Positions 55,115 through 64,000 of a stretch of 64,000 nucleotides of DNA are shown here, in pieces. The notes under the pieces are model-generated. The model did not search any database and had not been told where the DNA came from. It saw only the letters and a list, made by a program, of their open reading frames with translations. Within the stretch, counting starts at the first letter, position 1, and each line of letters begins with the position of its first letter. Where the stretch lies: the IMG/VR virus record IMGVR_UViG_2937414065_000001. One strand, given 5' to 3'. The DNA comes from a virus (lineage: Duplodnaviria; Heunggongvirae; Uroviricota; Caudoviricetes). The position numbers and the translations under genes are program-made.

Positions 55115-57184
55115 TTACTTGCACTTGTTATTTAAATAGCTTCTAATATATAGATCAAGCAACTTGCTTAGCTGTTTGTTAACTTCATCATGTTTTTGAG
55201 GGCTACGCATTTTAGAAAGATGTCGCTCAAGAAATTTTGAAGGCAACTTTATAACCAATTTGTTATGGTTGTCATAAAGTTCTTTTACCCAGATTAGCTC
55301 TTTATGTTTTTCTAAGTTTTCAGAGTGATCCCTATTTATAATGAAAGCTAGCCTACCATAATCTTTAAATAAATATGAATTTACTTGTCTATATTCATCA
55401 GCACCTAACGTTTTGTAGTTTTTGATTTCGAATACAACTTGTCGAGATTGGTAATCAGTCAATATCCTTTTCCAGACAGGTGTGTCGGCAAGGTTTGTTG
55501 CAATAATGTCTCGCTGCTGTAGACCATTTTTGTTTGAATGGAGTTCAATATTGGTCAAATTCGTCGCAAACAATATTTTAATAGCTTTCAAAGCCCATGC
55601 TTCAAAATCAACAGCCCCTTCCTTACCTTCTGGGATATTATTTAATTCTTGAAGAAGAGCACCGATCCGTTGTTTTCGTTGTACTTCTGATACGGAGCTA
55701 ACTTCGATATCGTATTCATCGTGGATATCGTCAGCTGTTTCAGGAGTAATGTCTGACTCATGAACACTTAATGCAAGCCAATAGCAAGGATGTAGCAGAA
55801 GCTTGGAGCCTGGTGTAAACTCTTTTTCTGGTTCTTTTCCATCATGACAAAACACATATGATGAGGACTGCTGATTGTATAATCCAAAAAAACCAACACT
55901 ATACAAACGTTGGATCACCTGAACAGGACCTTCAAACAAAAGGATGTCCTGTAATTTCATTTTGTCATTAACTTCTTTTATATCAAATGCTTGGCTTATT
56001 ATTTCAGAGGCTTCCGCGATGGTAAAATCTGGTCTTTTATTGCCAAAAAGCGATGTAAATATATCTAGTGCAGGGAATACATTTTCATATTCTTTTAGTA
56101 AGTCGTTAAGCCTGTTTTGAGATATTGTGTTTGCAGTGGCTTTTATGTCATCAATTATTATTTTTGTGCGATCGTGAGTTGCGGCCCTCAGGAAAGCATC
56201 ATTTAATAATACCAAGATATCTCTCGGTCTATATAATGTAAGCTTAAGTGCTTCTTTAAAACCCGTATTTGACTGTAATTCATTAGCGGTGTACGCATTC
56301 CAAACTCGCGTGTTATTTTCTATGGTTGAGTTAAATGCAACTCTCATTCTGTTACAAACCAAATTGAAGAGATTGTATTCGTCCCAATGTAATCTTAATA
56401 CCTGTCCTTCAATGTTTCTGGTAAAATCAGGGTCCATTTTAGATATGGCTCTATGGATATTGTCTCTAACGAAAGCAAATGCGATAACTTTTTCTTGCAA
56501 ATTTTGTTTTATATCAATAACAGACTGAATGAAACCGTCAACGATAGCAACCCCTAAATCATCTGGAGTGTATCCTTCATCTAGCCTGTCAGCAAAAATA
56601 ACGAATTGATGGTTTGATTTTGAAATAGCTTCGAATAAAACCTCTTCTAGTAAATCTAATTCAAAATTATCTGATAAATCTGATATTCTTGTAGCCGGTT
56701 TAACATCTTTTCCAGTATCAAGGATAGATATTAATTTTTTCCTTATTTTACCACTTATGTTTTGTCTTTTAGCTCCCCAAGATAATAAGTGTTTCTCTAC
56801 ACTTTTATAGTCTAGATCATTTTTCATCCTATAGTGGCTTGCTATTTCGGAAAGTAATTCCATATAAATCGCATAGCGCCAAGCTAGTTTGCTTCCGGCT
56901 TTAATATGCAAATAATTTTCACCGAAAAGTGAGACAACATCTCTTAGACCAATAATTTGTTCTTCAATAGGGCTAATGGTCATCACATGCGTTTTAGGTT
57001 TTGCGTGCCAATGTTTTGACAGCATATGCACTAATGCACTTTTGCCAGTGCCTCTGCGACCTACAACTATGCATCGATCATACGACTCTAAAAGAGCTTT
57101 ATAATCAGTTGTTTGCCAGAATGAGGCTTCAAGCATTTTGGCATCGTGTTCTGCTCTGATATCCCCTAGAACGTTACCTTTCAT
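55115..57184 (-). CDS. orphan 689-aa P-loop NTPase with possible C-terminal PD-(D/E)xK-like motif; candidate defence protein
   Basis: N-terminal Walker A VVGRRGTGKSALV and a Walker B-like VIFADRLDEG. C-terminal D...FEIK segment. Markedly AT-rich compared with its neighbours. Sits next to a type I RM operon on the same strand. Confidence 0.6.
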   Translation of the reverse strand: MKGNVLGDIRAEHDAKMLEASFWQTTDYKALLESYDRCIVVGRRGTGKSALVHMLSKHWHAKPKTHVMTISPIEEQIIGLRDVVSLFGENYLHIKAGSKLAWRYAIYMELLSEIASHYRMKNDLDYKSVEKHLLSWGAKRQNISGKIRKKLISILDTGKDVKPATRISDLSDNFELDLLEEVLFEAISKSNHQFVIFADRLDEGYTPDDLGVAIVDGFIQSVIDIKQNLQEKVIAFAFVRDNIHRAISKMDPDFTRNIEGQVLRLHWDEYNLFNLVCNRMRVAFNSTIENNTRVWNAYTANELQSNTGFKEALKLTLYRPRDILVLLNDAFLRAATHDRTKIIIDDIKATANTISQNRLNDLLKEYENVFPALDIFTSLFGNKRPDFTIAEASEIISQAFDIKEVNDKMKLQDILLFEGPVQVIQRLYSVGFFGLYNQQSSSYVFCHDGKEPEKEFTPGSKLLLHPCYWLALSVHESDITPETADDIHDEYDIEVSSVSEVQRKQRIGALLQELNNIPEGKEGAVDFEAWALKAIKILFATNLTNIELHSNKNGLQQRDIIATNLADTPVWKRILTDYQSRQVVFEIKNYKTLGADEYRQVNSYLFKDYGRLAFIINRDHSENLEKHKELIWVKELYDNHNKLVIKLPSKFLERHLSKMRSPQKHDEVNKQLSKLLDLYIRSYLNNKCK

Positions 57185-57546
57185 GTATTACCCTTTTAGC
57201 GTTAAAAGGAGGGGGCAATGGCCTTTGTAGACTTGAGTTCCATTTGCCTGATGCCATCCTCATCAAACTTCTTCCGTTTTCCCGAAGAGGGGGGAGATTA
57301 ATGTATCATTTTTAACGGGTTACACAAGAATATGACTTCTTAATCTAGGAGCTGAGCGTTCTTCAGGAAAAAAATAAGCATGAATGACAGCGGTTGTAGC
57401 CTTAGATTTTAAGGTGGTTACGTTCTTAATTTATTGAATTACCAATTAACTTTGAACACTATCAATTTAGCGTCTCTAAGCGTCTCTACAACCCCTGTGA
57501 ATACTGCTTTTACGCCTTTTCAACTTTGGGAAAATAACACCAATAA

Positions 57547-57563
57547 GAAAACAATTTGTTTAA
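57547..57563 (+). promoter_or_regulatory. motif A (GAAAACAATTTGTTTAA), 11 nt upstream of a small plus-strand gene inside the defence island
   Basis: Same palindrome as found upstream of parA, the helicase gene, cobT and nrdB. Confidence 0.5.
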
Positions 57564-57573
57564 TGGTGTGATC

Positions 57574-57789
57574 ATGAATACAGCCCTTTCCATCATTGAC
57601 GCTATCACCCCAAACACTGATATCGACTACCGGCAGGAAATGAACGTCATCCACGAAATTGTGGCCGAGTGCGAGAAAGAGATCGCATTCATGCATCAGG
57701 TTCACGACTTCGTTTATGGCGACGAACGTCACTGGAATAAGTGTTTAAGATTTGTACTATGTACATTGGAAGTGGAAATTATTTGGTAG
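57574..57789 (+). CDS. small hypothetical protein (71 aa)
   Basis: ATG follows motif A directly. Lies between the minus-strand ATPase and hsdR. Confidence 0.4.
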   Translation: MNTALSIIDAITPNTDIDYRQEMNVIHEIVAECEKEIAFMHQVHDFVYGDERHWNKCLRFVLCTLEVEIIW

Positions 57790-57850
57790 GGATATAAGAT
57801 CATATCCCTAAGCTCTTTTAAGAAAAAACTGCTTAATAACCTAATGTAAT

Positions 57851-60800
57851 TTAAATCCTTCCTCCAACCCCTTTAAATTTTTCGATAAACGCCCCAATTT
57901 TTTGGAATACGGTCTGCTTTTTCGTTTTGTACTGAGGATTCAGTGGACTGAGTTTTGGTAGCGTCTCATTTAACTCCGTCCCATTTTCGGTAGCATATTC
58001 CCGTTTGAGTGATGTACGGATATAGCGCCTTGCCGCCTCTTCATTGAGGTTTTCTTCCTTAATCAACGCTTCCGCTTCCCGTTGCTGTTCACGCTGAGCA
58101 TAGGTAAAGAATGCATCAATGATACTGGCCTTATCCGGCATGTCATCAAGGTTAGTTTGCTGAATAAAGTCAACAATCAGACCTTCTTTGGCACGGTTGC
58201 CCAGACTTGAGCGGATTAAGCGTCTGACCTCTTCAGTCAGGGCTTCTTTACCTTTTTTCTGACGATTTTGGTCGAAAATCAGACCAAGGATGTAGTCCAG
58301 GTTAATCTCCTGCGACTTAAGCAAGTCAATTTCAAACACCACGTCATCCCAGTCTGTGGTTGATTTATCCCTGTCGTTTGCTGCTTTTTCGCGTCGCTGC
58401 CAGTCCCGGATATCATTGTATGCTGAGCGATAGTCCTGAACTTTACGTTCTGCCGGGAGACGAATGGTTTGTAATTCAGCAAATTTTTCATCATCCACAT
58501 AGTGCTCTGCTTTAAAGGTTTCTACCGCTTCCGGGTCACTAATATCAACCTTCTGCAGGGCTTTCAGCGTGGCAAATTCATCGTAGTTTTGCAGGATGTT
58601 TTCTGCCCGCAGATAGTCACCAAACAGTTTGACGAAGGCTTTTTTCTCTTTTTCACTGTCAATACTGGCCGGGTCAGGGAAGCGCTGCTCCAGATCCGAA
58701 ACAACGGCCATAAAACCTCGTTTAGCTTCGCCGGTTGCCGCATCGGTAAAGCCCTGCATGTACTCTTCGTAGCTTTTTTCCAGTACCACATTCTTGGTGT
58801 TTTTGTCGCCAAAAAGTGTGATGGCATCAATGGTCGGACGCTCCAGGTCCCTGAAGGTCACGATATTGCCGAAGGTCTTGGTGGCATCATAGATACGGTT
58901 GGTGCGTGAGAATGCCTGCATCAGACCGTGATAACGCAGGTTTTTGTCAACGAACAGAGTATTCAGCGTCGGAGCATCAAAGCCGGTTAAGAACATTCCC
59001 ACCACGATGAGAAGATCAATATCCTGATTTTTCACTCGTTGAGCTAAATCGCGGTAGTAGTTCTGGAAACCGTTACTGTCGGTACTGAAATTGGTTTTAA
59101 AGTGGTTGTTGTAGTCATCAATAGCTGAATCCAGGAATTCCTTCGCGCTGCTGTTCATCGCGCTGGTATCAAAGCTTTCGTCAGTAATATCACCAATGGC
59201 GCTTTGCTCTTCATTTGCAGCAAAGGAGAAGATGGTTGCAACCCGAAGGCGTTTATAGCTGCCAGATTTCTTCTCCGCTTCTTCCTGTAGCATTTTAAAC
59301 GTCGTGTAATAAGCTTTTGCCGCATCCACGCTGCTAACTGCTAACATGGCGTTAAAGCCCTTAGCTCCCGGGAAGATTCGGTGCGTTTTCCGACGGAAGT
59401 TATTGAGAATGTATTGCGTTATTTCCTGGATACGCAGGGGGTGCAAAAATGCCTGTTGGTTTTCAGCAGCGCTGAGTTTTTTTTCGTCAGTTTCCGTTTC
59501 AAGGGACTTAAACTGTGGGCGGACATCGTTATAGTCCACCTTAAACTTCAGTACTTTTTCATCACGAATCGCATCAGTAATTACGTAAGAATGTAACTCG
59601 CGCCCGAATACGCTGGCGGTGGTATCTGCTCCCAGTGCGTTTTCCGGGAAAATAGGAGTACCGGTAAAACCAAACTGATAAAAGCGTCTGAATTTCTTTT
59701 TGAGGTTTTTCTGGGCCTCACCAAACTGGCTGCGGTGACACTCATCAAAGATAAACACAACCTGCTGCTGATAGACGGGTAGGTCAGCTTCGGCTTTCAT
59801 CAGGTTATTGAGTTTCTGAATGGTTGTGACGATGATTTTGTTATCGTCCTTATCCAGGTTTCTTCTGAGGCCTGCTGTATTATCCGAACCATTGACACTG
59901 TCCGGAGAGAAGCGCTGGTACTCCTTCATGGTCTGGTAATCGAGGTCTTTCCTGTCGACCACGAAGAAGACTTTATCAATAAAGTCCAGTTCCGTAGCCA
60001 GACGTGCGGCCTTAAAGCTGGTCAGGGTTTTTCCTGACCCTGTGGTATGCCAGATAAACCCGCCGCTTTCGGGTTTTGACCAGTTCTTCGCTTTAAATGA
60101 GCTGTTAATTTTCCAGAGGATTCGCTCAGTGGCGGCAATCTGATAGGGGCGCATGACGAGCAGAGTCTGGCTGCTGTCAAACACGCTGTAATTAAACAGA
60201 ACATTCAGCAGGGTATGCTTCTGGAAGAAAGTGGCGGTAAAGTCCTTCAGGTCCTTAATCAAAGTGTTATCCGATTTCGCCCAGTTCATGGTGAAATCAA
60301 AGCTATTTTTATCCCGTTTAGTGGTACTGGCAAAGTACCGGGTATCAGTCCCGTTGGAAATCACGAAGAGTTGCAGGTATTTAAACAGGGAGTTATCGCT
60401 GTTAAAGCTTTCCTTACTGTAACGGTGTATCTGGTTAAAGGCTTCACGAATCGCCACGCCGCGCTTTTTGAGTTCGATTTGCACCAGCGGCAGGCCGTTG
60501 ACCAGAATCGTAACATCATAACGGTTAGCGTGTGAGCCGGTCTGTTCAAACTGCTGAATGACCTGCACCTTATTGCGCAGCAGGTTCTTTTTATCTATCA
60601 AATAGATGTTTTCCAGACGACCATCATCAAACGTAAAATCACAGATATAGTCGATATGGATTTTACGGGTTTTGTCCAGGCTGCTGTCACTGGGGCTGTC
60701 CAGATATTGCTCTGCGAAGCGCCGCCATTCACTTTCGTTAAACACCACACCATTAAGACGCTGAAGCTGGTCCCGCACATTCGCCAGCATCGCTGTCGGT

Positions 60801-60967
60801 GACTTAACGGAGATAAACTCATAACCCTGATTAAGAAGATCCTGAATCAGCGCCCGCTCAAGGTCCGATTCGCTCTGGTAGCTGTCACCGGTCTCCAGAA
60901 CTTTGGTGAATTTATCAAGAACGATAAAGTTATTGGATTCAGCAATGGTGTGTGTCTGTTGTGTCAT
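57851..60967 (-). CDS. hsdR: type I restriction enzyme R subunit (HsdR)
   Basis: 1038 aa with helicase motifs (TGSGKT, DECH box in [10 protein letters not shown], motif [10 protein letters not shown]) and an N-terminal nuclease region. Confidence 0.85.
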   Translation of the reverse strand: MTQQTHTIAESNNFIVLDKFTKVLETGDSYQSESDLERALIQDLLNQGYEFISVKSPTAMLANVRDQLQRLNGVVFNESEWRRFAEQYLDSPSDSSLDKTRKIHIDYICDFTFDDGRLENIYLIDKKNLLRNKVQVIQQFEQTGSHANRYDVTILVNGLPLVQIELKKRGVAIREAFNQIHRYSKESFNSDNSLFKYLQLFVISNGTDTRYFASTTKRDKNSFDFTMNWAKSDNTLIKDLKDFTATFFQKHTLLNVLFNYSVFDSSQTLLVMRPYQIAATERILWKINSSFKAKNWSKPESGGFIWHTTGSGKTLTSFKAARLATELDFIDKVFFVVDRKDLDYQTMKEYQRFSPDSVNGSDNTAGLRRNLDKDDNKIIVTTIQKLNNLMKAEADLPVYQQQVVFIFDECHRSQFGEAQKNLKKKFRRFYQFGFTGTPIFPENALGADTTASVFGRELHSYVITDAIRDEKVLKFKVDYNDVRPQFKSLETETDEKKLSAAENQQAFLHPLRIQEITQYILNNFRRKTHRIFPGAKGFNAMLAVSSVDAAKAYYTTFKMLQEEAEKKSGSYKRLRVATIFSFAANEEQSAIGDITDESFDTSAMNSSAKEFLDSAIDDYNNHFKTNFSTDSNGFQNYYRDLAQRVKNQDIDLLIVVGMFLTGFDAPTLNTLFVDKNLRYHGLMQAFSRTNRIYDATKTFGNIVTFRDLERPTIDAITLFGDKNTKNVVLEKSYEEYMQGFTDAATGEAKRGFMAVVSDLEQRFPDPASIDSEKEKKAFVKLFGDYLRAENILQNYDEFATLKALQKVDISDPEAVETFKAEHYVDDEKFAELQTIRLPAERKVQDYRSAYNDIRDWQRREKAANDRDKSTTDWDDVVFEIDLLKSQEINLDYILGLIFDQNRQKKGKEALTEEVRRLIRSSLGNRAKEGLIVDFIQQTNLDDMPDKASIIDAFFTYAQREQQREAEALIKEENLNEEAARRYIRTSLKREYATENGTELNETLPKLSPLNPQYKTKKQTVFQKIGAFIEKFKGVGGRI

Positions 60968-61083
60968 GGTGCATCCTGTGCGTCATCTGGTAAAGCCCGG
61001 AAGGGTATCAGAAGCATCTTCCGGTATTCCTAAAGCCTGATACCGGGCGGGTGAAAACATACCCTACTGGTATCAATGGCCTG

Positions 61084-62331
61084 TCAGTTGCTGGCGGCTT
61101 CTGGTTTCGGGAAGCTGAACAGCAAGTCACGATAGTACTCGTACTGCTTTTGACGTAGCTCGATTTCACGAGGTAAGCCTTCAGTCAATGAGAATGTTAT
61201 AGCCTCTAATTTGTCCAGAATTCCGACTATTCGCTGTTGTTCGAGCATTGATTTCTCTGGTGATGCCGGGAAGGGTATAGGCACAGTAATTTTCTCGACC
61301 TGATGGCTCATTAGCTTAGGATTACCCATACCTGAATAGACATGCTTTTGGGCTTCTATTGAAAGCCAATAGTAAAGATACTTATAGCTAATTGGATAAT
61401 TTTCATGAATTTTGATTAGTCCACAAACATTCGTGATGGAGAATTTCCCTGTACGGTAGAAAACCGTTCCAGCATTTGCACCATCTGTTGTCCAACTAAT
61501 AAATTCACCATCAAAGTCGTAAGTATCTATTGAGCCAATCATCCCATTTCTTGCGGTTTGGGAACTATAAACGGGGTAGTCTCCTGCATTCTGTTCGAGA
61601 TACCCTTTGGACATGACTCTTCCGCGTCTTAATATTGCTACATCAGCTAGCGTTTTCCACTCAACTTCGGCCTCATCAAAACTCAGCAACTGGTCGCGAT
61701 AGTAGTTGTACTGTTTTTTTCGCATGTTAAGCTCAGCTGTAAGCTCAGCTGTAAGCTCAGCTGTAAGTGCAGTAAACTTATCCAGAATCCGGACAATTTC
61801 TGACTGGATAGCAAGAGACTTTTCTGGATTGTTGGGGCAAGGTATGGGGATGATTATTTTTGCCATATCTGATGCGGAAACATCAATTACTTTTGTCCCT
61901 TTTGAGTACTTTCTTTTTTCATTGTAAAATGAATTTGTCTGGGTGAAATAAGCAAAGTATTTTCCAATAATACCTTCCCTGGGCTTAAATATTGTCGCAT
62001 GGCCGCCGGTGACAGCTTGCTCTTTACCAAGATAAACCAGGGCTTTACCGACATCATCAAGATTTTCACTTGTATTAGTGATCACTACATCGCCAGTATT
62101 TACTTTTTTCAGCTTTTTAGCTGTATCTTGTGAAACAAAGGACTTTGTGGTTTCTGTTGAAAGGCCATAAAAGGTATAAATCTGACCATAGTGAATAGCA
62201 GGAATACCTGCCTCAGTAAAATCAGTTTTTGGTAAGCCATTTCCACGAACAAGCTCACCTAAAACACCGAGTGGCAGCCACTCAACCTCAGCGCCATCCA
62301 GCAGTTTTTCCAGATAACTTAACTCGCTCAT
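61084..62331 (-). CDS. hsdS: type I restriction-modification specificity subunit (HsdS), type IC-like with TAEL repeats
   Basis: Two target-recognition domains separated by a central conserved region containing [12 protein letters not shown]. Overlaps the hsdM stop. Confidence 0.8.
   Translation of the reverse strand: MSELSYLEKLLDGAEVEWLPLGVLGELVRGNGLPKTDFTEAGIPAIHYGQIYTFYGLSTETTKSFVSQDTAKKLKKVNTGDVVITNTSENLDDVGKALVYLGKEQAVTGGHATIFKPREGIIGKYFAYFTQTNSFYNEKRKYSKGTKVIDVSASDMAKIIIPIPCPNNPEKSLAIQSEIVRILDKFTALTAELTAELTAELNMRKKQYNYYRDQLLSFDEAEVEWKTLADVAILRRGRVMSKGYLEQNAGDYPVYSSQTARNGMIGSIDTYDFDGEFISWTTDGANAGTVFYRTGKFSITNVCGLIKIHENYPISYKYLYYWLSIEAQKHVYSGMGNPKLMSHQVEKITVPIPFPASPEKSMLEQQRIVGILDKLEAITFSLTEGLPREIELRQKQYEYYRDLLFSFPKPEAASN
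61729..61764. repeat. 3 x 12-bp perfect tandem repeat (AAGCTCAGCTGT) encoding (TAEL)3 in the hsdS central spacer
   Basis: Three exact tandem copies readable in the sequence; on the minus strand they code [12 protein letters not shown]. Confidence 0.85.
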
Positions 62332-63884
62332 GCCCGTGCCTCATTGTCTTCAATTTGGGCCACAATCGTATCAATGTCTTTGCGCAACTGATCGATTTTG
62401 CTGACGGTAGTTTTTAGCTCGGCATTCAGCACTGCAATATCTACAATTTCGCGGGTATCCATGGCTTCGACGTAGCTGCTGACTGACAGGTTATAGTCAT
62501 TGGCGGATACTGTTTCATAAGGGATTGTTTTCGCGAGGTGGTCAATATCTGCTTTGCTGGCAAAGACCTGCATAATCTTTTCGATATGACCATCAGTCAG
62601 GATATTGTTATTGGTTTCTTTCTTAAACAACCCGCTGGCATCAATAAACTGAACGCGGGTATCTGTTTTGTGCTTTGACATCACCAGAATGTTAACGGCA
62701 ATGGTGGTGCCGAAGAACAGATTCGGTGCCAGAGAAATCACCGTTTCAACATAGTTATTGTCGACCAGGTACTGGCGGATTTTCTGCTCTGCACCGCCAC
62801 GGTAGAAAATACCGGGGAAGCAAACTATTGCTGCACGCCCTTTAGCAGACAGGTAGTTCAGCGCATGTAGGACAAATGCAAAGTCCGCTTTTGATTTCGG
62901 GGCCAGTACGCCAGCCGGAGCAAAGCGCTCATCGTTAATCAGGGTCGGGTCGTCACTGCCAATCCACTTAACCGAGTACGGCGGGTTAGAGACAATCGCA
63001 TCGAACGGTTTTTCATCGCCAAAGTGAGGCTCTGTCAGGGTATTCCCCAGTCTGATATCAAATTTGTCGTAGTTGATGTTGTGCAGGAACATGTTCATAC
63101 GCGCCAGGTTAAAGGTTGTATGATTTATCTCCTGACCATAAAAACCTTCTTCAATGATATGGTTATCAAAGTGCTTCTTCGCCTGAAGCAGCAGTGAGCC
63201 AGAGCCTGCTGCAGGGTCATAGATTTTGTTGACGTGAGTCTGACCGTGCATCGCAAGCTGAGCAATCAGCTTAGAGACGTGCTGAGGAGTGAAGAACTCC
63301 CCGCCAGATTTACCGGCATTCGCCGCATAATTAGAAATCAGGAACTCGTAGGCATCACCAAACAGGTCAATCTGGTGCTCGTTAAAATTCCCGAGTTTTA
63401 GCCCCTCAACGCCTTTCAGAACGGCGGCAAGACGGCTGTTTTTGTCTTTAACTGTGTTACCCAGTCGATTGCTGGTCGTATCGAAATCGGCGAACAGGCC
63501 TTTGATGTCGGCCTCGGACGGATAGCCGTAGGCAGAGCTTTCTATAGCGACGAAGATACTGTTTAAATCAGCATTCAGCCTGTCGTTGGTGTTCGCTTTA
63601 GCGGCAACGTTGCAGAACAGCTGGCTCGGGTAGATGAAATAGCCTTTAGTCCTGATGGCATCGTCTTTGATGTCATCGGTAATGATGCTGTCATCAAGTG
63701 CTGCATAATGTATGCTCTCATCCCCTGCTTCCATGTAGCTGGAAAAATTCTCACTGATGAAGCGATAGAAAAGTGCACCGAGTACATACTGTTTAAAATC
63801 CCATCCATCCACTGAGCCTCTGACATCATTGGCAATGGCCCAGATTTGACGGTGTAACTCTGCACGTTGCTGAAGGCTTGTCAT
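62328..63884 (-). CDS. hsdM: type I restriction-modification N6-adenine DNA methyltransferase (HsdM)
   Basis: 518 aa with motif I ([10 protein letters not shown]) and motif IV NPPYS. An N-terminal HsdM_N-like region. C-terminal coiled coil. Confidence 0.85.
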   Translation of the reverse strand: MTSLQQRAELHRQIWAIANDVRGSVDGWDFKQYVLGALFYRFISENFSSYMEAGDESIHYAALDDSIITDDIKDDAIRTKGYFIYPSQLFCNVAAKANTNDRLNADLNSIFVAIESSAYGYPSEADIKGLFADFDTTSNRLGNTVKDKNSRLAAVLKGVEGLKLGNFNEHQIDLFGDAYEFLISNYAANAGKSGGEFFTPQHVSKLIAQLAMHGQTHVNKIYDPAAGSGSLLLQAKKHFDNHIIEEGFYGQEINHTTFNLARMNMFLHNINYDKFDIRLGNTLTEPHFGDEKPFDAIVSNPPYSVKWIGSDDPTLINDERFAPAGVLAPKSKADFAFVLHALNYLSAKGRAAIVCFPGIFYRGGAEQKIRQYLVDNNYVETVISLAPNLFFGTTIAVNILVMSKHKTDTRVQFIDASGLFKKETNNNILTDGHIEKIMQVFASKADIDHLAKTIPYETVSANDYNLSVSSYVEAMDTREIVDIAVLNAELKTTVSKIDQLRKDIDTIVAQIEDNEARA

Positions 63885-64000
63885 CTTGTATCCTGTTGTA
63901 TGATTCTTAAGTACTGTTATTGGCCCGATTTTATCGCAATTTCATATTGATGACAGGTTTTGTATGTCATGCGTTGCACTGAGAGTTCGTTTGCCCGGTT

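Noticed and set aside
1-64000. CRISPR array or cas genes
   Set aside because: No regularly spaced direct repeats with unique spacers. The only repeat arrays are the iterons, which are contiguous and of mixed orientation, and the 3 x 12-bp coding repeat in hsdS.

Overview
This window looks like a stretch of a P1/SSU5/pHCM2-like phage-plasmid, read from homology by eye only. It combines a plasmid maintenance backbone with a T4/T5-like replication, recombination and nucleotide-metabolism gene set, and ends in a low-GC defence island.

Plasmid-type functions:
- ParF/ParG-like partition pair (578-1602).
- A RepA gene flanked by about 5 upstream and 10 downstream 'TACCGCTGACAGCATA(C/T)' iterons, next to a GATC-rich block and a DnaA box (34527-36341), laid out like P1 oriR/incA or RepFIB.
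- Tyrosine recombinase (15577-16686) preceded by a 14-7-14 palindrome.
- HicAB toxin-antitoxin pair (26255-27142).

Phage-type functions:
- DnaB-like helicase, DnaG-like primase, ATP-dependent DNA ligase and PhoH.
- CobT/CobS-like vWA + AAA pair.
- A DNA polymerase III alpha (dnaE) gene split in two by a free-standing HNH homing endonuclease.
- gp32-like SSB, flap endonuclease, RecA/UvsX-like recombinase and SbcCD.
- A nucleotide-metabolism block: NrdA/NrdB, MazG-like, ThyA, DHFR and a dNMP-kinase-like protein.
- A RuvC-like resolvase, DnaQ-like exonuclease, Dam-like methyltransferase and RNase HI.
- One tRNA-Asn(GTT).

The last ~9 kb (55.1-63.9 kb) is a minus-strand defence island: a type IC-like hsdM-hsdS-hsdR operon plus an AT-rich orphan 689-aa P-loop NTPase. 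The hsdS gene carries three 12-bp TAEL-coding repeats, the arrangement described in EcoR124-family HsdS.

The signals I rate highest as candidates for something new:
- A ~22-bp palindromic intergenic motif, GATAGGTAAGTA-n-TTACCTATC, found at least 17 times right next to start codons.
- A second motif, GAAAACAA-N-TTGTTT, found 7 times ahead of replication genes.
- A hairpin module present in two copies, each holding TATAAATA in its loop.
- The split dnaE.
- The orphan ATPase beside the RM system.
- An HNH_2-domain protein with an unknown C-terminal domain.
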